Shown: in pieces, positions 63,000-64,000 of the stretch
How the letters are laid out: every line of letters starts with the position of its first letter
Position numbering within the stretch: position 1 is the first letter of the stretch
Assembly (NCBI RefSeq): GCF_036588685.1
Contig: NC_086373.1
Location: 42,346,001 to 42,410,000 of the forward strand
From: Mytilus trossulus
Taxonomy: Eukaryota
Direction of reading: 5' to 3'
DNA: 64,000 nt
Program-made: the position numbers and the translations under genes
The notes under the pieces: model-generated
Databases searched by the model: none
What the model saw: the letters and a program-made list of their open reading frames with translations, nothing else
Told to the model about the DNA's origin: nothing

Positions 63000-64000
63000 A
63001 TGTCTTTTTTGAGCGGGGATAATAAGGATATTGGACAACCTCAGGAATTATCTATTTTTGCATCTCCTCCTAATCAAGTAGCTGTTGAAAAAGTAACATA
63101 CACGGAAGAACGACCTATTTCGAATTTAATCAATGATTCTACCCCCATAGAAATAGTTGTTTCTGGAGCTGGAAATGATTATATAGATTTAAGAAAAAGT
63201 CGTCTATATGTCAAAATGCAAATTTTAAAATCAGATGGAACTAAGCTAGTAGATGATGAAAAAACAGGTATCATTAATTTACCGTTGCAGAGTATGTTTT
63301 CACACATTGATATTTACATGAACAATAAGCTTATATCAATAAATTCCAACAATTATCCTTGGAAAGCCTATTTCAAGACGATACTTTCTTCTGGAAACGA
63401 TGAACAGAATTCACAACTTCAAAGCCAACTCTTCATGAAAGACGATGACCCTATGGACTCTGTGAGTCTCAATTCCGGTATAGTTAACAGAATGCAATTT
63501 ACACAAGATTCAAGAGTATTCGAGTTAGAAGGAAATTTATTGGAAGATGCACTTCAACTGGATAAATATCTTATAAGTGGTGTCGATATCTACATGAAAC
63601 TTTTCAGATCAAATGTTCCCTTTCTACTCATGTCTGAAGAAATTTCGCCAAGTTACAAAGTCAAAATTTTGGATGTGTTTTATAGAACCGCGAGAGTCAA
63701 ATTGGACCCGGGAGTTATAATGAACCATCGAAACGAAATACAAAAATCACCAGCCCAATACATGATCACTAGAAGTCACGTTATACAAAATGTAATTCCT
63801 AAGGGGTCAACTGATTTTTTTTGGGATGCAATGTTTCCGAAAGCTCTTCCATCAAAAGTAGTAATTGGGCTAGTTTCCCAAAAAGCTGCAAATGGAGATT
63901 ATACTGCTAATCCGTTTAATTTTCAACATTTCAACATGACAAACGTTACTATGAAAGTGAATGGCGTGGAGGTTTATGGGTCTCCATTGAGTTTGGATTT
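63000..64000 (+). CDS. Major capsid protein (double jelly-roll), truncated by the window edge
   Basis: Open from ATG 63000: ELSIFASPPNQ..RPIS..PIEIVVSG..YIDLRKSRLYVK..NLPLQSMFS..NNYPWKAY..NPFNFQHF, the Polinton MCP pattern. It is missing from the ORF track because it has no stop in the window. Confidence 0.92.
   Translation, partial: MSFLSGDNKDIGQPQELSIFASPPNQVAVEKVTYTEERPISNLINDSTPIEIVVSGAGNDYIDLRKSRLYVKMQILKSDGTKLVDDEKTGIINLPLQSMFSHIDIYMNNKLISINSNNYPWKAYFKTILSSGNDEQNSQLQSQLFMKDDDPMDSVSLNSGIVNRMQFTQDSRVFELEGNLLEDALQLDKYLISGVDIYMKLFRSNVPFLLMSEEISPSYKVKILDVFYRTARVKLDPGVIMNHRNEIQKSPAQYMITRSHVIQNVIPKGSTDFFWDAMFPKALPSKVVIGLVSQKAANGDYTANPFNFQHFNMTNVTMKVNGVEVYGSPLSLD

Larger units (their letters stand above)
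43145..64000. mobile_element. Polinton/Maverick (adintovirus-like) endogenous dsDNA virus, right end outside window
   Basis: ATPase, pPolB, integrase, minor capsid and major capsid genes at 52121-64000 make the core certain. The left boundary is tentative: an ACTACT trinucleotide repeat at 43145 followed by a repeat-rich, terminus-like segment. Confidence 0.9.

Overview
AT-rich animal genomic DNA, most likely from a bivalve mollusc (the repeat families look Mytilus-like; inferred, not verified), with two N gaps. About 1-43,100 is host DNA. It holds two tandem paralogues of a spliced minus-strand orphan gene encoding a long coiled-coil protein with 21-bp heptad expansions (~440 and ~472 aa), lying in a ~12 kb segmental duplication. 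Around them are Helentron-type non-autonomous elements (one carrying a 166-bp satellite array), degenerate hammerhead-ribozyme/retrozyme repeats, SINE-like repeats, MITEs and LINE fragments. From about 43,145 to beyond 64,000 is an integrated Polinton/Maverick-type dsDNA virus-like element, with a packaging ATPase, protein-primed DNA polymerase B, retroviral-type integrase with chromodomain, minor and major capsid proteins and small basic core-like proteins. The element has several unusual features. (i) Two GT-AG-type introns interrupt pPolB, one splitting catalytic motif A. (ii) It encodes a CARD-like death-fold domain fused to two PC4 ssDNA-binding domains. (iii) It encodes a membrane-anchored PC4 protein. 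(iv) A spliced type I membrane glycoprotein with Cys-rich head and mucin stalk lies in its probable left arm. (v) Its putative left terminus is packed with CRE and ARE/AP-1 motifs. The right end, and probably the protease, lie outside the window. Domain calls come from motif recognition by eye, not database searches.
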